Source of the DNA: Sphingomonadales bacterium
GTDB taxonomy: Bacteria > Pseudomonadota > Alphaproteobacteria > Sphingomonadales > Sphingomonadaceae
Assembly (NCBI GenBank): GCA_038225385.1
Contig: JBBRRC010000005.1
Location: 18,743 to 82,742 of the forward strand
Reading direction: 5' to 3'
Length of the DNA stretch: 64,000 nt
Notes under the pieces: generated by a model
The model's input: the letters and a program-made list of their open reading frames with translations, nothing else
Databases searched by the model: none
What the model was told of the DNA's origin: nothing
Part shown: positions 49,477-60,800 of the stretch, piece after piece
Numbering within the stretch: the stretch's first letter is position 1
Layout: the number at the start of each line of letters is the position of its first letter
Position numbers and translations under genes: made by a program

Positions 49477-51102
49477 ATGGCGACATCCGCATTGATCGAG
49501 CCGCGGGCTCCTGTCGAACCCGAGGGGTCGCGATTCGAGTCGCACACCCATCCGAGCGCGCGGTGGATTTTCCTCGCGGTGCTCATCGGTGGTGTGGCCT
49601 ATGCCGCCTTCAGCGTCGTGATCGACACCCAGAATGTCGGGGAGACGATGGCGACGGGCGTGTTCGCCTTCCTCGCGCTGGCGCTCATGATCGCGCTCGG
49701 CTTCGAATTCGTGAATGGCTTCCACGATACGGCAAACGCGGTTGCGACGGTTATCTACACCAATTCGATGCCCGCGCCGCTCGCGGTGGTCTGGTCGGGG
49801 GCGTTCAACTTCCTCGGCGTGATGCTGTCGACCGGTGCGGTCGCCTATTCGATCATTACCCTGCTGCCCGTCGACCTGATTCTCAACGTTGGCAGTGGCG
49901 CGGGCTTTGCGATGATCTTCGCGCTTTTGCTCGCAGCGGTCCTATGGAATCTGGCGACCTGGTATGTCGGCCTGCCCAATTCGTCGAGCCATTCGCTCAT
50001 CGGCTCGATCCTCGGCGTCGGGCTTGCCAACCAGCTGATCCAGTCGGGCAGCAAGGGCGGCACCGCCGGCGTCGACTGGAGCCAGGTGCAGAAAGTGCTT
50101 TCGGCGCTGCTGTTCAGCCCGCTGATCGGCTTTGTCGCGGCGCTGGTGCTCATGGTCCTGCTGCGCGTCGTGCTGCGCAATCCCAAGCTGTACAGCAAAC
50201 CCGAGCCCGGGGCGCCGCCGCCGACGGGCATTCGCGCGCTGCTCATCTTTACATGCACCGCCGTCAGTTTCGCGCATGGTGGTAATGACGGGCAAAAGGG
50301 CATGGGCCTGATCATGCTCATCCTGATCGGTTGCGCGCCGACCGCCTATGCCCTCAACCGTACCGTGCCTGTCGGTCAGACCCCGGCGTTCATCGCGTCG
50401 GCGAACGGCGCGGCCTCGGCATTTGCCTCGCATGGCGGCGGCATCAACCTTGCCGCGCCGGAGGCACGCCAGGTGCTGAAGGATGTGCTACAGACGAAAA
50501 CGGCGAGCGACCCTCGCGCCTATGCCGCGCTGGCGACACTCTCCGCCGACCTCGGTCGCAGTGTCGGCAGCTATGGTTCGTTGAAGCAGGTGCCGGCGGC
50601 GGCGACGCCCAATCTGCGAGGCGACATGTATCTCGTCCTCGACGCAAGCAAACTTGCAGTAAAGGGCGCGGTGGCCGACGAGCCGGCGATGAAGCCGGTC
50701 AAGGCGTTTCAGGGCAAGCTCGAGGACGGCACGCGCTTCATTCCGACCTGGGTGAAAATCGCCGTGGCGATCGCGCTGGGCCTTGGCACGATGGTCGGGT
50801 GGAAACGCATCGTGATCACCGTGGGGGAAAAGATCGGCAAGAGCGAATTCACTTATGCCATGGGGGCGTCCGCCGAACTCGTCGCGGCGACGACGATCCT
50901 GCTTGCCGAACGCTTCGGGCTGCCGGTTTCGACAACCCATATCCTGACGTCGGGCGTCGCGGGCGCGGCGGTCGGTCAGGGGCAAGGGCTGAACCTCACC
51001 ACGATCCGCAACATGGCGCTGGCCTGGGTTCTGACCCTGCCTGTGGCCATAACACTCTCGGGGGGACTATACTGGCTCCTCCTTCGGGTGTTCGTGGGGT
51101 AA
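49477..51102 (+). CDS. pit: PiT-family inorganic phosphate transporter
   Basis: NGFHDTANA, GLPNSSSHS, HGGNDGQK and GLPVSTTH motifs. Confidence 0.93.
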   Translation: MATSALIEPRAPVEPEGSRFESHTHPSARWIFLAVLIGGVAYAAFSVVIDTQNVGETMATGVFAFLALALMIALGFEFVNGFHDTANAVATVIYTNSMPAPLAVVWSGAFNFLGVMLSTGAVAYSIITLLPVDLILNVGSGAGFAMIFALLLAAVLWNLATWYVGLPNSSSHSLIGSILGVGLANQLIQSGSKGGTAGVDWSQVQKVLSALLFSPLIGFVAALVLMVLLRVVLRNPKLYSKPEPGAPPPTGIRALLIFTCTAVSFAHGGNDGQKGMGLIMLILIGCAPTAYALNRTVPVGQTPAFIASANGAASAFASHGGGINLAAPEARQVLKDVLQTKTASDPRAYAALATLSADLGRSVGSYGSLKQVPAAATPNLRGDMYLVLDASKLAVKGAVADEPAMKPVKAFQGKLEDGTRFIPTWVKIAVAIALGLGTMVGWKRIVITVGEKIGKSEFTYAMGASAELVAATTILLAERFGLPVSTTHILTSGVAGAAVGQGQGLNLTTIRNMALAWVLTLPVAITLSGGLYWLLLRVFVG

Positions 51103-51108
51103 CGCGGT

Positions 51109-51648
51109 TCAGCCCGCCGGGCGCAGCAGGGTAAGCATGGCCTTGCCGACCACGCGCTCGACGTCGACGTCGAACCCATCGACCGTCACCGCCTCGCCCT
51201 TGGCGGTTTCCACGCTGATCAATGCGGCCGGGGCGATCCAGCCGAGACGCTGCAACCGTTCAAGCGCAACGACGCCGGCACCCGTGCCATAAGGCGGATC
51301 GAGCAGCAGCAGATCGCAGGGCGTGGGCGCGGGTCCCAATGTCATGACCGACTGCGCCCTGATCTCGGCCCTCGCACCCAATTTGGCGATGTTCAGCCGC
51401 AGCGCGTCGAGTGCCGGCCCGTCCTGCTCGACGAAGGTGCAGCTCGCCGCCCCTCGCGACAAAGCCTCCAGCCCCAGCGCACCCGACCCGGCGAACAGGT
51501 CGGCGACGCGCAGGTCGTCGAGCGAACCGAGGCGACTGACCAGCATCGAGAACAATGCCTCGCGCGTGCGGTCGGCGGTCGGGCGCGTCGCCAGGCCCTT
51601 GGGCGCGACCAGCGGACGACCGCGCCACTGTCCGGCAATGATCCTCAT
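51109..51648 (-). CDS. rsmD: 16S rRNA (guanine966-N2)-methyltransferase
   Basis: MRIIAGQWRG, TRPTADRTRE, DLFAGSGALG and DPPY motifs. Confidence 0.93.
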   Translation of the reverse strand: MRIIAGQWRGRPLVAPKGLATRPTADRTREALFSMLVSRLGSLDDLRVADLFAGSGALGLEALSRGAASCTFVEQDGPALDALRLNIAKLGARAEIRAQSVMTLGPAPTPCDLLLLDPPYGTGAGVVALERLQRLGWIAPAALISVETAKGEAVTVDGFDVDVERVVGKAMLTLLRPAG

Positions 51649-51658
51649 GCGCGCGCAA

Positions 51659-52660
51659 TCATTTTTTGGGGCCGCGCGAAGGCTTTGGTTTGGGCCTGGC
51701 CCAGCCGGTGCGGTCGACCTTGGCGCGGACGGGGCGTGGTGTCGCTGTGGCGGGGACGGCCGTACGCGCGGGCGCACGGGTCCTGGCAGCAGCGGCAGCC
51801 ATCGGCGCACGAACGGTTGTGCGCGGCTTGACGCCGACGGCCTTTGGCGGGGCGATGCGCCAGTGTTTGCGCAGGGCTTTGCCGGGTGCGACCGGCTCGG
51901 TCGTGAGAGCAACGGGCTTTGTTTCGTCCAGCTGTTTCAGGAATTCGACCAGTTCGTGTTGCTTGACCTCCTCGACCGCGCCCGGCGGCAGGTCGCCGAG
52001 GGCGAACGGGCCATAGCGCGTGCGGATCAGCCGGCTGACGCGCAGGCCAAGATGTTCGAGCACGCGCCGGACCTCGCGATTCTTGCCTTCGGTGAGCGTC
52101 ATCTCGATCCACACGTTGGTGCCGGTGCGCCGTTCGAGATTGGCATCGATCTGGCCATAGCGAACGCCGTCGATCTCGATGCCGTGGATCAGCTCTTCCA
52201 GCTGGGCCTGGCTGACCGGACCATAGGCGCGGGCGCGGTAACTGCGCGGGACGCCGGTCGACGGCAGCTCGAGGCGACGTTTGAATTCGCCGTCGGTCGT
52301 CATCAGCAACAGGCCCTCGGTATTGAGGTCGAGCCGACCCACGGGCACGGTGCGGGGCAGGTCGGCGGGGAGCCTGTCGTAAATCGTTGCGCGACCCCTT
52401 GCGTCCCGCTCGGCGGTCAGCAGGCCGGTTGGCTTGTGATAACGGAACAGCCGGGTTGGTTCCGCCGCCGCGACGGGTTTGCCGTCGACCGTTATGCCTT
52501 TCAGGCTGGTCAATATCGTTGCCGGTGTCTCCAGCGGAACGCCGTCGAGCGCGATCCGCCGCTCATCGATCATGCGCTCGATCTCGCGACGACTGGCGAT
52601 CCCCGCACGCGCGAGGAGCTTGGCAATGCGTTGCCCGTTTCGTGATGCACTCTCGGCCAT
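51659..52660 (-). CDS. rRNA pseudouridine synthase (RsuA/RluB family) with S4 domain
   Basis: RIAKLLARAGIASRRE S4 domain, VGRLDLNTEGLLL and EGKNREVRR motifs; basic C-terminal tail. Confidence 0.92.
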   Translation of the reverse strand: MAESASRNGQRIAKLLARAGIASRREIERMIDERRIALDGVPLETPATILTSLKGITVDGKPVAAAEPTRLFRYHKPTGLLTAERDARGRATIYDRLPADLPRTVPVGRLDLNTEGLLLMTTDGEFKRRLELPSTGVPRSYRARAYGPVSQAQLEELIHGIEIDGVRYGQIDANLERRTGTNVWIEMTLTEGKNREVRRVLEHLGLRVSRLIRTRYGPFALGDLPPGAVEEVKQHELVEFLKQLDETKPVALTTEPVAPGKALRKHWRIAPPKAVGVKPRTTVRAPMAAAAARTRAPARTAVPATATPRPVRAKVDRTGWARPKPKPSRGPKK

Positions 52661-52785
52661 CGGCAGCCGATACCCGCTTCGACCTCATCGTGAAAGACAC
52701 GGCTGCGTGCGCGCGTTCACAGCATGCTTCCCTTGCCGCCATATCCGGCTAGGTTCGCGCCAGACCGACCAGGGAGCAATTAAAG

Positions 52786-54480
52786 GTGAGCGATCAGGCG
52801 CAAGGCCCGGCTGTCCGGCCGAAACCCAAGGGCTGGCGCCTCCTTCGCGCGGCGCTGCAGACGCGCAAATCCGCGTCGATGCTGGCCTTCGGCTTTTCGT
52901 CGGGGCTGCCCTATGCGCTGTTGATCGGGACCCTCAACGCCTGGCTGGGAGAGGTGAAGATCAATCTTGCCACGATCGGCGTGCTGTCGTGGATCGGTCT
53001 GGCCTATTCGTTCAAATTCCTCTGGTCGCCGCTCGTCGATCGTTTCCACCTGCCCGGTCTCGACAGGCTCGGGCGGCGGAAAAGCTGGATCGTCCTCTGT
53101 CAGCTTATCATGATTGCGGCGTTTGCCGGGCTGGCGGCAACCGACCCTGTCGCCAATATCGGCTGGTTCGCGATCTTTGCGGTCGTTGCCGCGCTCGCCT
53201 CGGCGACGCAGGACGTGGCGGTCGACGCATGGCGGATCGATGTCGCCGACGAGAGCACGCCGGTCGAATTGCTCTCGGCTATCTACCAGTTCGGCTATCG
53301 CATCGCGAGCATCATCGGGGGCGCACTCGCTCTGGTGCTGGCGGCGCGGATGTCATGGCCGGCGGTCTATCTGCTGATGGCGGCACTGATCGGGGCGATG
53401 GTCTTTGCCGCGCTGCGCGCGCCCGATACCGCGCGCCCGGCCCGGGGGGCATTGTATGAGGGCCTGGCGGAAGCGGGCGAAATCGCGCCGCGCGCTCGGA
53501 CCGTGGCGCTGGCGATCGTCGGGATCAGCTGGCTGTGGGCGATTACCGCGATCGGACGCTTCATGATCTCCATGCTGGAAACTTTGCCGCCCGGCACCGC
53601 GCGGCCTTCGGCATCCGATTTCCTCAAGGCGACAGGGCCGTGGATCGTCGTCGCGACGGTTCTGGTTCCCTTGTGCGTCGCGGCGGCGACCAACTGGCTC
53701 CGGGCAAACGGGCGCTATGTGCTGACTGCCGCCGATCCGACGGTGTCGCCGGGCCGGACGGCACTCAATCATCTTTACATCGCGCTGGTCGCCCCGCTCG
53801 CGGAACTGTGCGCGCGCCTTGGCTGGGGCGTCCTGATCGTGATCGGGCTGATCCTGACATACACGCTCTGCTATAATGTCTGGTCGGCGTTTGCCTTCCC
53901 CTTCTACCTCGATTTCCTCCACTATTCGAAGGACGAGGTCGCCTTCGCGTCCAAGGTTTTCGGCATTTTCATGACCATCATCGGGATCAGCCTCGGCGGC
54001 TATTTGTTCGCGCGACTGGGCCGGCTGCCGACCGTGATGATCGGCGCGGTGCTGCCGATCTTCGGCAACCTCGTCTATGCCGATCTGGCGGAGGGTGGAG
54101 CTAAGATCGACTTTGTCGCCAATCTGTTCGGTCTCAACATGCTGGCGACGATGCTGGGATCGGACGCGCGAATGGTTCGCCTGTTGCTGGCGATATCGGG
54201 CGAGAATATTTCGACGGGGATCGCCGGCGCAGCGTTCATCGCGTATCTCTCCGGGATCGTCAGCCGGCGTTATACGGCGGTTCAATATGCCCTGCTGTCG
54301 TCGCTGACCTTCCTCATCGGCTCACTGGGGCGCGGCATCGCCGGTGAGGCTTTCGACACCCTCGGCTATGCCGTCGTGTTTCGCTACACGGCGGCGGTCG
54401 GCCTGTTGGCGGTCCTCTTCGTCGCGCTGGAATGGGTGCGAACGTCGCGCTTCAGTCGGGGAACTCCCGGTTCAGTCTGA
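52786..54480 (+). CDS. ampG: AmpG-family muropeptide MFS transporter
   Basis: GFSSGLP, KFLWSPLVD, SATQDVAVDAWRI and TAVQYALLSSL motifs. Confidence 0.9.
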   Translation: MSDQAQGPAVRPKPKGWRLLRAALQTRKSASMLAFGFSSGLPYALLIGTLNAWLGEVKINLATIGVLSWIGLAYSFKFLWSPLVDRFHLPGLDRLGRRKSWIVLCQLIMIAAFAGLAATDPVANIGWFAIFAVVAALASATQDVAVDAWRIDVADESTPVELLSAIYQFGYRIASIIGGALALVLAARMSWPAVYLLMAALIGAMVFAALRAPDTARPARGALYEGLAEAGEIAPRARTVALAIVGISWLWAITAIGRFMISMLETLPPGTARPSASDFLKATGPWIVVATVLVPLCVAAATNWLRANGRYVLTAADPTVSPGRTALNHLYIALVAPLAELCARLGWGVLIVIGLILTYTLCYNVWSAFAFPFYLDFLHYSKDEVAFASKVFGIFMTIIGISLGGYLFARLGRLPTVMIGAVLPIFGNLVYADLAEGGAKIDFVANLFGLNMLATMLGSDARMVRLLLAISGENISTGIAGAAFIAYLSGIVSRRYTAVQYALLSSLTFLIGSLGRGIAGEAFDTLGYAVVFRYTAAVGLLAVLFVALEWVRTSRFSRGTPGSV

Positions 54481-55741
54481 GCGCTTCACCAGCGAGATAG
54501 AGCGAGCCGCATATCAAAATTGTTGGCGCGCCGCCCGTATCCGCCGCCAGCCGGTCGATTGCCTCGTCGAGGCTGAATGCAGGGTAGCAGTGCCTTGGCA
54601 TCGCCTGCGCCTGCGCGAACATGGCGATATCGCGCGGGTCATGATGGTCATGTCCGTCGAGCGGCACGACATGCGCCACGCGCACGGTCGGCGCGATCGG
54701 GCCCAGCACGTCGGCGATCCGGCGATTGCGCATCAGACCGAAGACGAGGTCGATGGAACCAGCACCATCCAGCGTCCGTGCAATGGCCTGGGCGGCATCG
54801 GCATTATGGCCACCGTCGACCAGGACCTGTCGACCCGGCAGTCGTTCGGTCAACGGTCCCGGACCGAGCCGCTGGAGCCGGGCCGGCCAGCGGGTGGTGG
54901 CGATTCCCCGACGAATGTGCCGGGGGTCGATTTTCAGTGTGTCATGCCCTTGGCCGGCGGGAACACGGGCGAGCATCTGCGCCGCCAAATTGGCATTGCG
55001 GACCTGGTGCGCGCCCGACAGCCCGGGCTCGATCGCCGGATCGATTTGCCAGTCGCGCCCCTCCAGCCACGGCGATACGCCCGCGTTGGCCGCAACCGCC
55101 TCGATGCGGGTCAGCGCTTCCGGCAACTGCATCAGGCAGACCAGCGGCACGCCGGGTTTGACGATCCCTGCCTTTTCGCCCGCGATCTCGGCCAGCGTCT
55201 CCCCCAGAAACGACTGATGATCAACGCCGACCTGCGCGATGCCGCAGACGAGCGGGGTGATGACATTCGTCGCATCGAGCCGCCCGCCCAGTCCCACTTC
55301 CACGACACAGGCGTCGGCGGCTGTCCGGCTGAACGCCAGAAAGGCGGCGGCAGTGGTCGCCTCGAAGAAACTTGGCCCGATGCGCTCGGCGTCGGCGGTG
55401 TCGAGAACCTCGGCCAGCAGCGGTGCCAGCATCGCATCCTCGATCAGCCGGCCTGCCAGCCGGATGCGTTCGTTGAAGCGGACGAGATGCGGGCTGGTGT
55501 AGACGTGGACAGTCTTGTCCGCCGCTTCGAGTGCACCCCTCAGGAAGGCACACGTCGACCCCTTGCCGTTGGTACCCGCGACATGAAAGGTCGGTGGCAG
55601 GCGCCTTTCCGGGTTGCCAAGCGCCGCCAGCAACGCTGTGATACGTTCCAGTCCCAGGATGTCCCGCCCTGGCGAAAGCTGGGCAAACCGGTCCAGCTGT
55701 GCCTGAACGGCGGGGTCGGAGGATCGGGCGTGGTCGGGCAT
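54452..55741 (-). CDS. folC: Folylpolyglutamate synthase / dihydrofolate synthase
   Basis: HVAGTNGKGST, YTSPHL, EVGLGGRLDATN, WPARLQ and DGGHN motifs. Confidence 0.95.
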   Translation of the reverse strand: MPDHARSSDPAVQAQLDRFAQLSPGRDILGLERITALLAALGNPERRLPPTFHVAGTNGKGSTCAFLRGALEAADKTVHVYTSPHLVRFNERIRLAGRLIEDAMLAPLLAEVLDTADAERIGPSFFEATTAAAFLAFSRTAADACVVEVGLGGRLDATNVITPLVCGIAQVGVDHQSFLGETLAEIAGEKAGIVKPGVPLVCLMQLPEALTRIEAVAANAGVSPWLEGRDWQIDPAIEPGLSGAHQVRNANLAAQMLARVPAGQGHDTLKIDPRHIRRGIATTRWPARLQRLGPGPLTERLPGRQVLVDGGHNADAAQAIARTLDGAGSIDLVFGLMRNRRIADVLGPIAPTVRVAHVVPLDGHDHHDPRDIAMFAQAQAMPRHCYPAFSLDEAIDRLAADTGGAPTILICGSLYLAGEALRLNREFPD

Positions 55742-55770
55742 TGGCTAGCGGGTGGCGGATCGACCAGCGC

Positions 55771-56622
55771 TCACGCCGCCTTTTTTCCGGGCATCAGATA
55801 GGCGATCGTCTGGGCCAGCGTCGCGCGCAGATCCTTTCGCGCGACCACCGCGTCGAGCATGCCATGTTCGAGCAGATATTCGGCACGCTGGAACCCCTCG
55901 GGCAGTTTTTCGCGGATCGTGCTCTCGATCACGCGCTGGCCGGCGAAACCGATCAGGGCACCGGGCTCGGCGAACTGGATATCACCGAGCATCGCATAGC
56001 TTGCGGTGACCCCTCCGGTCGTCGGGTCGGTCATCACGACAATATACGGCAACCGCGCCTCGGCGAGCATCGCGATCGCGACCGTCGTCTTTGGCATTTG
56101 CATCAGCGACAATATGCCCTCTTGCATCCGGGCGCCGCCAGCCGCGGTGAAGATGACATAGGGCGCATCGGCCGCGATGGCGGCCTCGACCCCGGCGACG
56201 AAGGCGGCACCGACGCCGATCCCCATCGATCCGCCCATGAACGCAAAATCCTGGACCGCCACGATCGCGCGCAATCCTTCGATTGCGCCGCGTGCCGTGA
56301 TCAGCGCGTCCTGCTCCCCGGTTGCCGCCCGGGCCGCGCGCAGGCGATCGACATATCGCTTGGAGTCGCGGAATTTCAGCGGGTCCTCGGCCACTTTGGG
56401 TGCCGGCACCAGCGTATATCCCGGATCGAAAATCTGGTCGAACCGCGCCTGCGGCCCGATCCGCCCGTGGTGGTTGCAGCTTGGGCAGACGGACAGATTC
56501 TCGAGATATTCGCGCGTGAACACCATCTGCCCGCACCCGGGACATTTGACCCACAGATTGTCGGGTGTCTCGCGCTTGGCGATGAAGGGAATGCGTTTGC
56601 GAACGCTGTCGAGCCAGCTCAT
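55771..56622 (-). CDS. accD: Acetyl-CoA carboxylase carboxyltransferase beta subunit
   Basis: WVKCPGC zinc finger, [15 protein letters not shown] and PTTGGVTAS motifs. Confidence 0.96.
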   Translation of the reverse strand: MSWLDSVRKRIPFIAKRETPDNLWVKCPGCGQMVFTREYLENLSVCPSCNHHGRIGPQARFDQIFDPGYTLVPAPKVAEDPLKFRDSKRYVDRLRAARAATGEQDALITARGAIEGLRAIVAVQDFAFMGGSMGIGVGAAFVAGVEAAIAADAPYVIFTAAGGARMQEGILSLMQMPKTTVAIAMLAEARLPYIVVMTDPTTGGVTASYAMLGDIQFAEPGALIGFAGQRVIESTIREKLPEGFQRAEYLLEHGMLDAVVARKDLRATLAQTIAYLMPGKKAA

Positions 56623-57104
56623 GGCCGGCCCCTATGGCTGCCTGCCGTCATCATGCCGTTGGACCGCTCGCTGATTTTCTCGAAAGTGCGCCGGGAAATG
56701 AACAAGCTCGACCTCACCGCCGTTCCGAAATTCAGTCGTTTGTAGGGAAACACGAACAACAGCTTGGCGTCTTCGCTTTCGATGCGCTGCCACGGCACAA
56801 AGAACGGCTTGCACCACAGGCCCCGAAATAACCACATCAGCGAAACTCTCAAGCCCGATCGACAAATCCCGAAACTGAGGCAATTGCCGTAATTCACGTG
56901 ATTATACCCCATCAGCGAGGTGCCCATCGCTCCCGACTGGAAATTGAGCCTGCAGGTCGCTTCTTCCTCGCGATCGGGATAGGCCTCCTGCAGGTCGGAC
57001 CATCCGGACATCTTCCAGACCAGACCCGACGCGATCAGCCACATCGCCACGAACAGGACCGGAAATACGACCGGAAAATAAATCCCAAACTCGCGCGCGG
57101 TCAC
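56619..57104 (-). CDS. Hypothetical membrane-anchored protein inserted between trpA and accD
   Basis: 161 aa; GTG overlaps the trpA stop and its own stop overlaps the accD start; N-terminal [11 protein letters not shown] motif; AT-richer. Confidence 0.75.
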   Translation of the reverse strand: MTAREFGIYFPVVFPVLFVAMWLIASGLVWKMSGWSDLQEAYPDREEEATCRLNFQSGAMGTSLMGYNHVNYGNCLSFGICRSGLRVSLMWLFRGLWCKPFFVPWQRIESEDAKLLFVFPYKRLNFGTAVRSSLFISRRTFEKISERSNGMMTAGSHRGRP

Positions 57105-57907
57105 GCCCCGGCTCCGTGCACGGCCTCTGCGAGGGTCCCGACATAGGCTTCGATATGGCGGGCCGCGTCTGCCCCGTGCCGTGCGACGATTTCGACAATG
57201 GCCGAACCGACGACGACACCGTCGGCGACCTCGGCAATTGCCGACGCCTGTTCGGCGGTGCGCACGCCAAAGCCGACCGCGACGGGCAGGTCGGTCGCCG
57301 CTTTCAGCCTGCCGACCGCTTCTTCGATACTCGTCTGTGCCGCCTGTTGCAGGCCGGTGATCCCGGCCACGGAAACATAATAAAGAAAACCACTTGCGCC
57401 ATCGAGCACGGCGGGCAGGCGCGCCGCATCGGTCGTCGGTGTGGCGAGGCGGATCGGCGCGATATAATGCGCGCGGAGAGCAAAGGCGAGTTCGTCTTCC
57501 TCGGGCGGCAGGTCGACACAGATGACGCCGTCGACCCCAGCTTCGGACGCCGCGCGCGCGAACCACTCCGGCCCGCGGATCGTCATCGGGTTGGCATAGC
57601 CCATCAGGACAAGGGGGACGTCCGGGTGGCGCGCACGAAATCCCGTGGCGATCGCCAATATATCGGCGGTGGTCGTACCCGCCGCGAGACTCCGTAAGTT
57701 CGCCGCCTGGATTGCCGGGCCGTCGGCCATCGGGTCGGTGAACGGCATGCCCAGCTCGACCACATCCGCACCGCCCGCGACAAGCGCATCGAGGATGTCG
57801 GCGGTATGGGCAGGGGTCGGGTCGCCGGCGGTCACGAAGGTAATGAGCGCGGGGCCGCGCGAGAAGGCAGCGGCGAGGCGATCGTCTATCGCAGCGGCGA
57901 CACTCAC
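57101..57907 (-). CDS. trpA: Tryptophan synthase alpha chain
   Basis: [24 protein letters not shown] and VGFGV motifs. Confidence 0.96.
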   Translation of the reverse strand: MSVAAAIDDRLAAAFSRGPALITFVTAGDPTPAHTADILDALVAGGADVVELGMPFTDPMADGPAIQAANLRSLAAGTTTADILAIATGFRARHPDVPLVLMGYANPMTIRGPEWFARAASEAGVDGVICVDLPPEEDELAFALRAHYIAPIRLATPTTDAARLPAVLDGASGFLYYVSVAGITGLQQAAQTSIEEAVGRLKAATDLPVAVGFGVRTAEQASAIAEVADGVVVGSAIVEIVARHGADAARHIEAYVGTLAEAVHGAGA

Positions 57908-59112
57908 AAGCTGACGCCCAGGGCATCCGCCACGGTGAAGATGTCCTTGTCACCCCGCCCGCAGAGGTTGACGACGATGATCTGATCCTTCGGCATCGCG
58001 CCCGCGCGCTTCATGACGGCAGCGATGGCGTGGCTCGGTTCCAGCGCCGGGATGATGCCCTCGATCCGGCACATCAGCTGGAATGCCTCCAGCGCTTCGT
58101 CGTCGGTGATGCTGGTATATTCCACGCGGCCGATGTCGTGGAGCCAGCTGTGTTCCGGCCCGATGCCGGGATAGTCGAGCCCCGCGCTGATCGAATGACC
58201 CTCGGTGATCTGGCCGTCGCCATCCTGCAGCAGAAACGTCTTGTTGCCATGGAGAATGCCCGGACGACCGCCCGTGAGCGATGCGGCATGGTCCTTGTCG
58301 AGGCCATAGCCGCCCGCCTCGACGCCCAGCATCGCCACGTCGGTATCGTCGAGGAACGGATGAAACAGGCCGAGGGCGTTCGATCCGCCGCCGATGCAAG
58401 CGACCAGCAGATCGGGCAGGCGACCTTCGCGCTTCAGCACCTGTTCGCGCGCTTCCTTGCCGATCACGCTTTGGAAATCGCGGACAAGCTCGGGGTAGGG
58501 ATGCGGGCCTGCCGCCGTCCCGATGATGTAGAAAGTGTCGTGGACGTTCGCGACCCAGTCGCGCAGCGCCTCATTCATCGCGTCCTTCAGCGTTTGTGCG
58601 CCGCTGGTGACCGGCACGACCTCGGCACCGAGCAATTTCATGCGAAAGACATTGGGCGATTGGCGCTCCACGTCGCGCGCACCCATGAAGATCGTACACG
58701 GCAGTCCGAACCGCGCCGCAACCGTTGCGGTCGCCACACCGTGCTGGCCCGCCCCCGTCTCGGCAATGATCCGCGTCTTGCCCATCCGGATGGCGAGCAG
58801 GATCTGGCCGATGCAGTTGTTGATCTTGTGCGCGCCGGTATGGTTCAGCTCGTCGCGCTTGAAATAGATTTTGGCCCCGCCGAGGTGGTCGGTCAGGCGC
58901 TCGGCATAATAGAGCGGACTGGGACGCCCGACATAATGTTCGAGCAGGTCGTCGAACTGCGCGGCGAACGCCGGATCGATCTTGGCCGCCCGATATTCGC
59001 GCTCAAGCTCGAGCACGAGCGGCATTAGCGTTTCGGCGACATAGCGACCGCCGAACTGGCCGAAATGTCCGCGATCGTCCGGCTGTGTGCGTAGGCTGTT
59101 TGGAAGGGTCAT
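57904..59112 (-). CDS. trpB: Tryptophan synthase beta chain
   Basis: [17 protein letters not shown] and [15 protein letters not shown] motifs. Confidence 0.97.
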   Translation of the reverse strand: MTLPNSLRTQPDDRGHFGQFGGRYVAETLMPLVLELEREYRAAKIDPAFAAQFDDLLEHYVGRPSPLYYAERLTDHLGGAKIYFKRDELNHTGAHKINNCIGQILLAIRMGKTRIIAETGAGQHGVATATVAARFGLPCTIFMGARDVERQSPNVFRMKLLGAEVVPVTSGAQTLKDAMNEALRDWVANVHDTFYIIGTAAGPHPYPELVRDFQSVIGKEAREQVLKREGRLPDLLVACIGGGSNALGLFHPFLDDTDVAMLGVEAGGYGLDKDHAASLTGGRPGILHGNKTFLLQDGDGQITEGHSISAGLDYPGIGPEHSWLHDIGRVEYTSITDDEALEAFQLMCRIEGIIPALEPSHAIAAVMKRAGAMPKDQIIVVNLCGRGDKDIFTVADALGVSL

Positions 59113-59735
59113 AGCGTGGAGGTCGCTTTAAGGAACGCGGCAATCTTGTCCACATCCTTGACGCCGGGCGCGCTTTCGACGCCCGACGACACGTCGACCA
59201 GGGGCGCGCCGGTGACGCGGACTGCGTCGGCGACGTTGTCGGCATCGAGACCGCCCGAAAGGGCCCAGGGCAGGGGGTGCGCGAAATCGTTCAGCAGTGT
59301 CCAGTCGAAACGCAACCCCATTCCCCCGGGCAGGGTGCCCTCGGGCGTCTTTGCATCATAGAGGATCCGCGATGCGGCTCCCCGATACGTCATCGCCGCG
59401 TGGAGGTCTGCCCGCTTGCGAACCGAAACCACTTTCCAGACTTCGCCGCTCAGCGATGCCGAAAATTGCGGCGTTTCCTGCCCGTGAAGCTGGATAACAT
59501 CGAGGCGAACCGTTTCGCGGAGCGCCGTCAGCCATGCCGGGTCGGGATCGACGAACACACCAACCGTCTTGATGTGGCGTGGCACGCGCGCGGCCAGCGA
59601 AGCTGCCCTGTCGGACGTGACATTGCGCGGACTTTTGGGAAAGAAGATCAGCCCAACATGGCTTGCGCCGTGACGGATCGCGGCATCGAGCGTCTCCGTT
59701 GAGGAGAGCCCACAGATTTTGGTGAAGAGAGGCAT
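59109..59735 (-). CDS. trpF: Phosphoribosylanthranilate isomerase
   Basis: KICGL, QLHGQE and DVSSGVE motifs. Confidence 0.95.
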   Translation of the reverse strand: MPLFTKICGLSSTETLDAAIRHGASHVGLIFFPKSPRNVTSDRAASLAARVPRHIKTVGVFVDPDPAWLTALRETVRLDVIQLHGQETPQFSASLSGEVWKVVSVRKRADLHAAMTYRGAASRILYDAKTPEGTLPGGMGLRFDWTLLNDFAHPLPWALSGGLDADNVADAVRVTGAPLVDVSSGVESAPGVKDVDKIAAFLKATSTL

Positions 59736-59775
59736 GTCAGCGCTCCCTAGCCGTCCCGGATGCGGCTAGGAAAGG

Positions 59776-60450
59776 CTAAAGCGTCGCCTCGATCGCCCGT
59801 ACCGCAGCATCGGGGTCACTCGCCCCGGTGATCGGCCTGCCAACCACGAGGATCGACGCGCCTGCATCCAGCGCCGCCCTTGGCGTGACGACGCGCTTTT
59901 GGTCGCGCGCGTCGCCGTTGGCGGGCCGGACGCCGGGCACGACGAAGAATCCCTCGGGCCACAGCTTCTTGGCATATCGGACCTCGGCGCCGGAACAGAC
60001 CACACCGTCAAGGCCCGCTTCCCGGGCCCCTGCCGTCAGGCGCATCACCTGATCATGCGCGGTGCCAGCCACGCCTGACGCAAGCAGGTCGCTTTCATCG
60101 AGACTGGTCAGCACGGTCACCGCGACCACTTTGGTCCCGACGGGCGCGGCCGCCTTGGCGTCTTCCATCATCGAACGCCCGCCCGCTGCATGAACCGTCA
60201 GAATTGCGGGTTCGAGCGCGGACAGCGCCTGTACCGCCTTTGCGACGGTATTGGGAATATCGTGCAATTTCAGGTCGAGAAACACTGGCAGGCCCAGCTT
60301 TGCCATGTCATGGACACCGGCGCGTCCGTTGGCGGAGAAGAATTCGAGGCCCAGCTTGATCCCCCCGACATGGCGCCGCACCTTTTCGGCAATTAGCTTC
60401 GCCCGCTCGAGGTCGGGCGTGTCGATCGCAACCCAGATCGGGCTGGTCAT
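59776..60450 (-). CDS. pyrF: Orotidine-5'-phosphate decarboxylase
   Basis: FLDLKLHDIPNTV, VPGVRP, DQKRV and LVVGRPIT motifs; start MTSPIW at 60450. Confidence 0.95.
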   Translation of the reverse strand: MTSPIWVAIDTPDLERAKLIAEKVRRHVGGIKLGLEFFSANGRAGVHDMAKLGLPVFLDLKLHDIPNTVAKAVQALSALEPAILTVHAAGGRSMMEDAKAAAPVGTKVVAVTVLTSLDESDLLASGVAGTAHDQVMRLTAGAREAGLDGVVCSGAEVRYAKKLWPEGFFVVPGVRPANGDARDQKRVVTPRAALDAGASILVVGRPITGASDPDAAVRAIEATL

Positions 60451-60767
60451 GGCGACAGCGGCGTCGGCACGACGGGCGTGCCGTCGGGGGTCGCAAAATT
60501 GCCTGCCGGTTCGGTGCCGATGCGTGTCTCGGTCAGCGCCCGGTTGGCGGTGTCGAGCTTGCGCTTCAGGCTCCAGCGGGTTGCGCGGTGCAGGATGAGC
60601 ACCGGAAGCAGCCCCATGAGGAACGTTGCCAGCAGCAGGATGGGCAACCGGGTATCGACGACGATCCCGCTCCACAAATTGACCGTTACCTGCGTCCAGT
60701 TGTTCAACGCGAATATCACGCCCAAAACCGCCAGCACGACCCAGAAAACAGTGCGCAGGAATCGCAT
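60447..60767 (-). CDS. LapA-family (lipopolysaccharide assembly protein A domain) membrane protein
   Basis: Two TM segments with FALNNWTQVTVNLW; position upstream of pyrF. Confidence 0.75.
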   Translation of the reverse strand: MRFLRTVFWVVLAVLGVIFALNNWTQVTVNLWSGIVVDTRLPILLLATFLMGLLPVLILHRATRWSLKRKLDTANRALTETRIGTEPAGNFATPDGTPVVPTPLSP

Positions 60768-60800
60768 CTAGGGATTTGCCTCGTTCGCCTTTTGGTGCCG

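Noticed and set aside
56619-57953. 444-aa ORF
   Set aside because: The upper part is an off-frame read of trpA; only 56619-57104 is a plausible gene.
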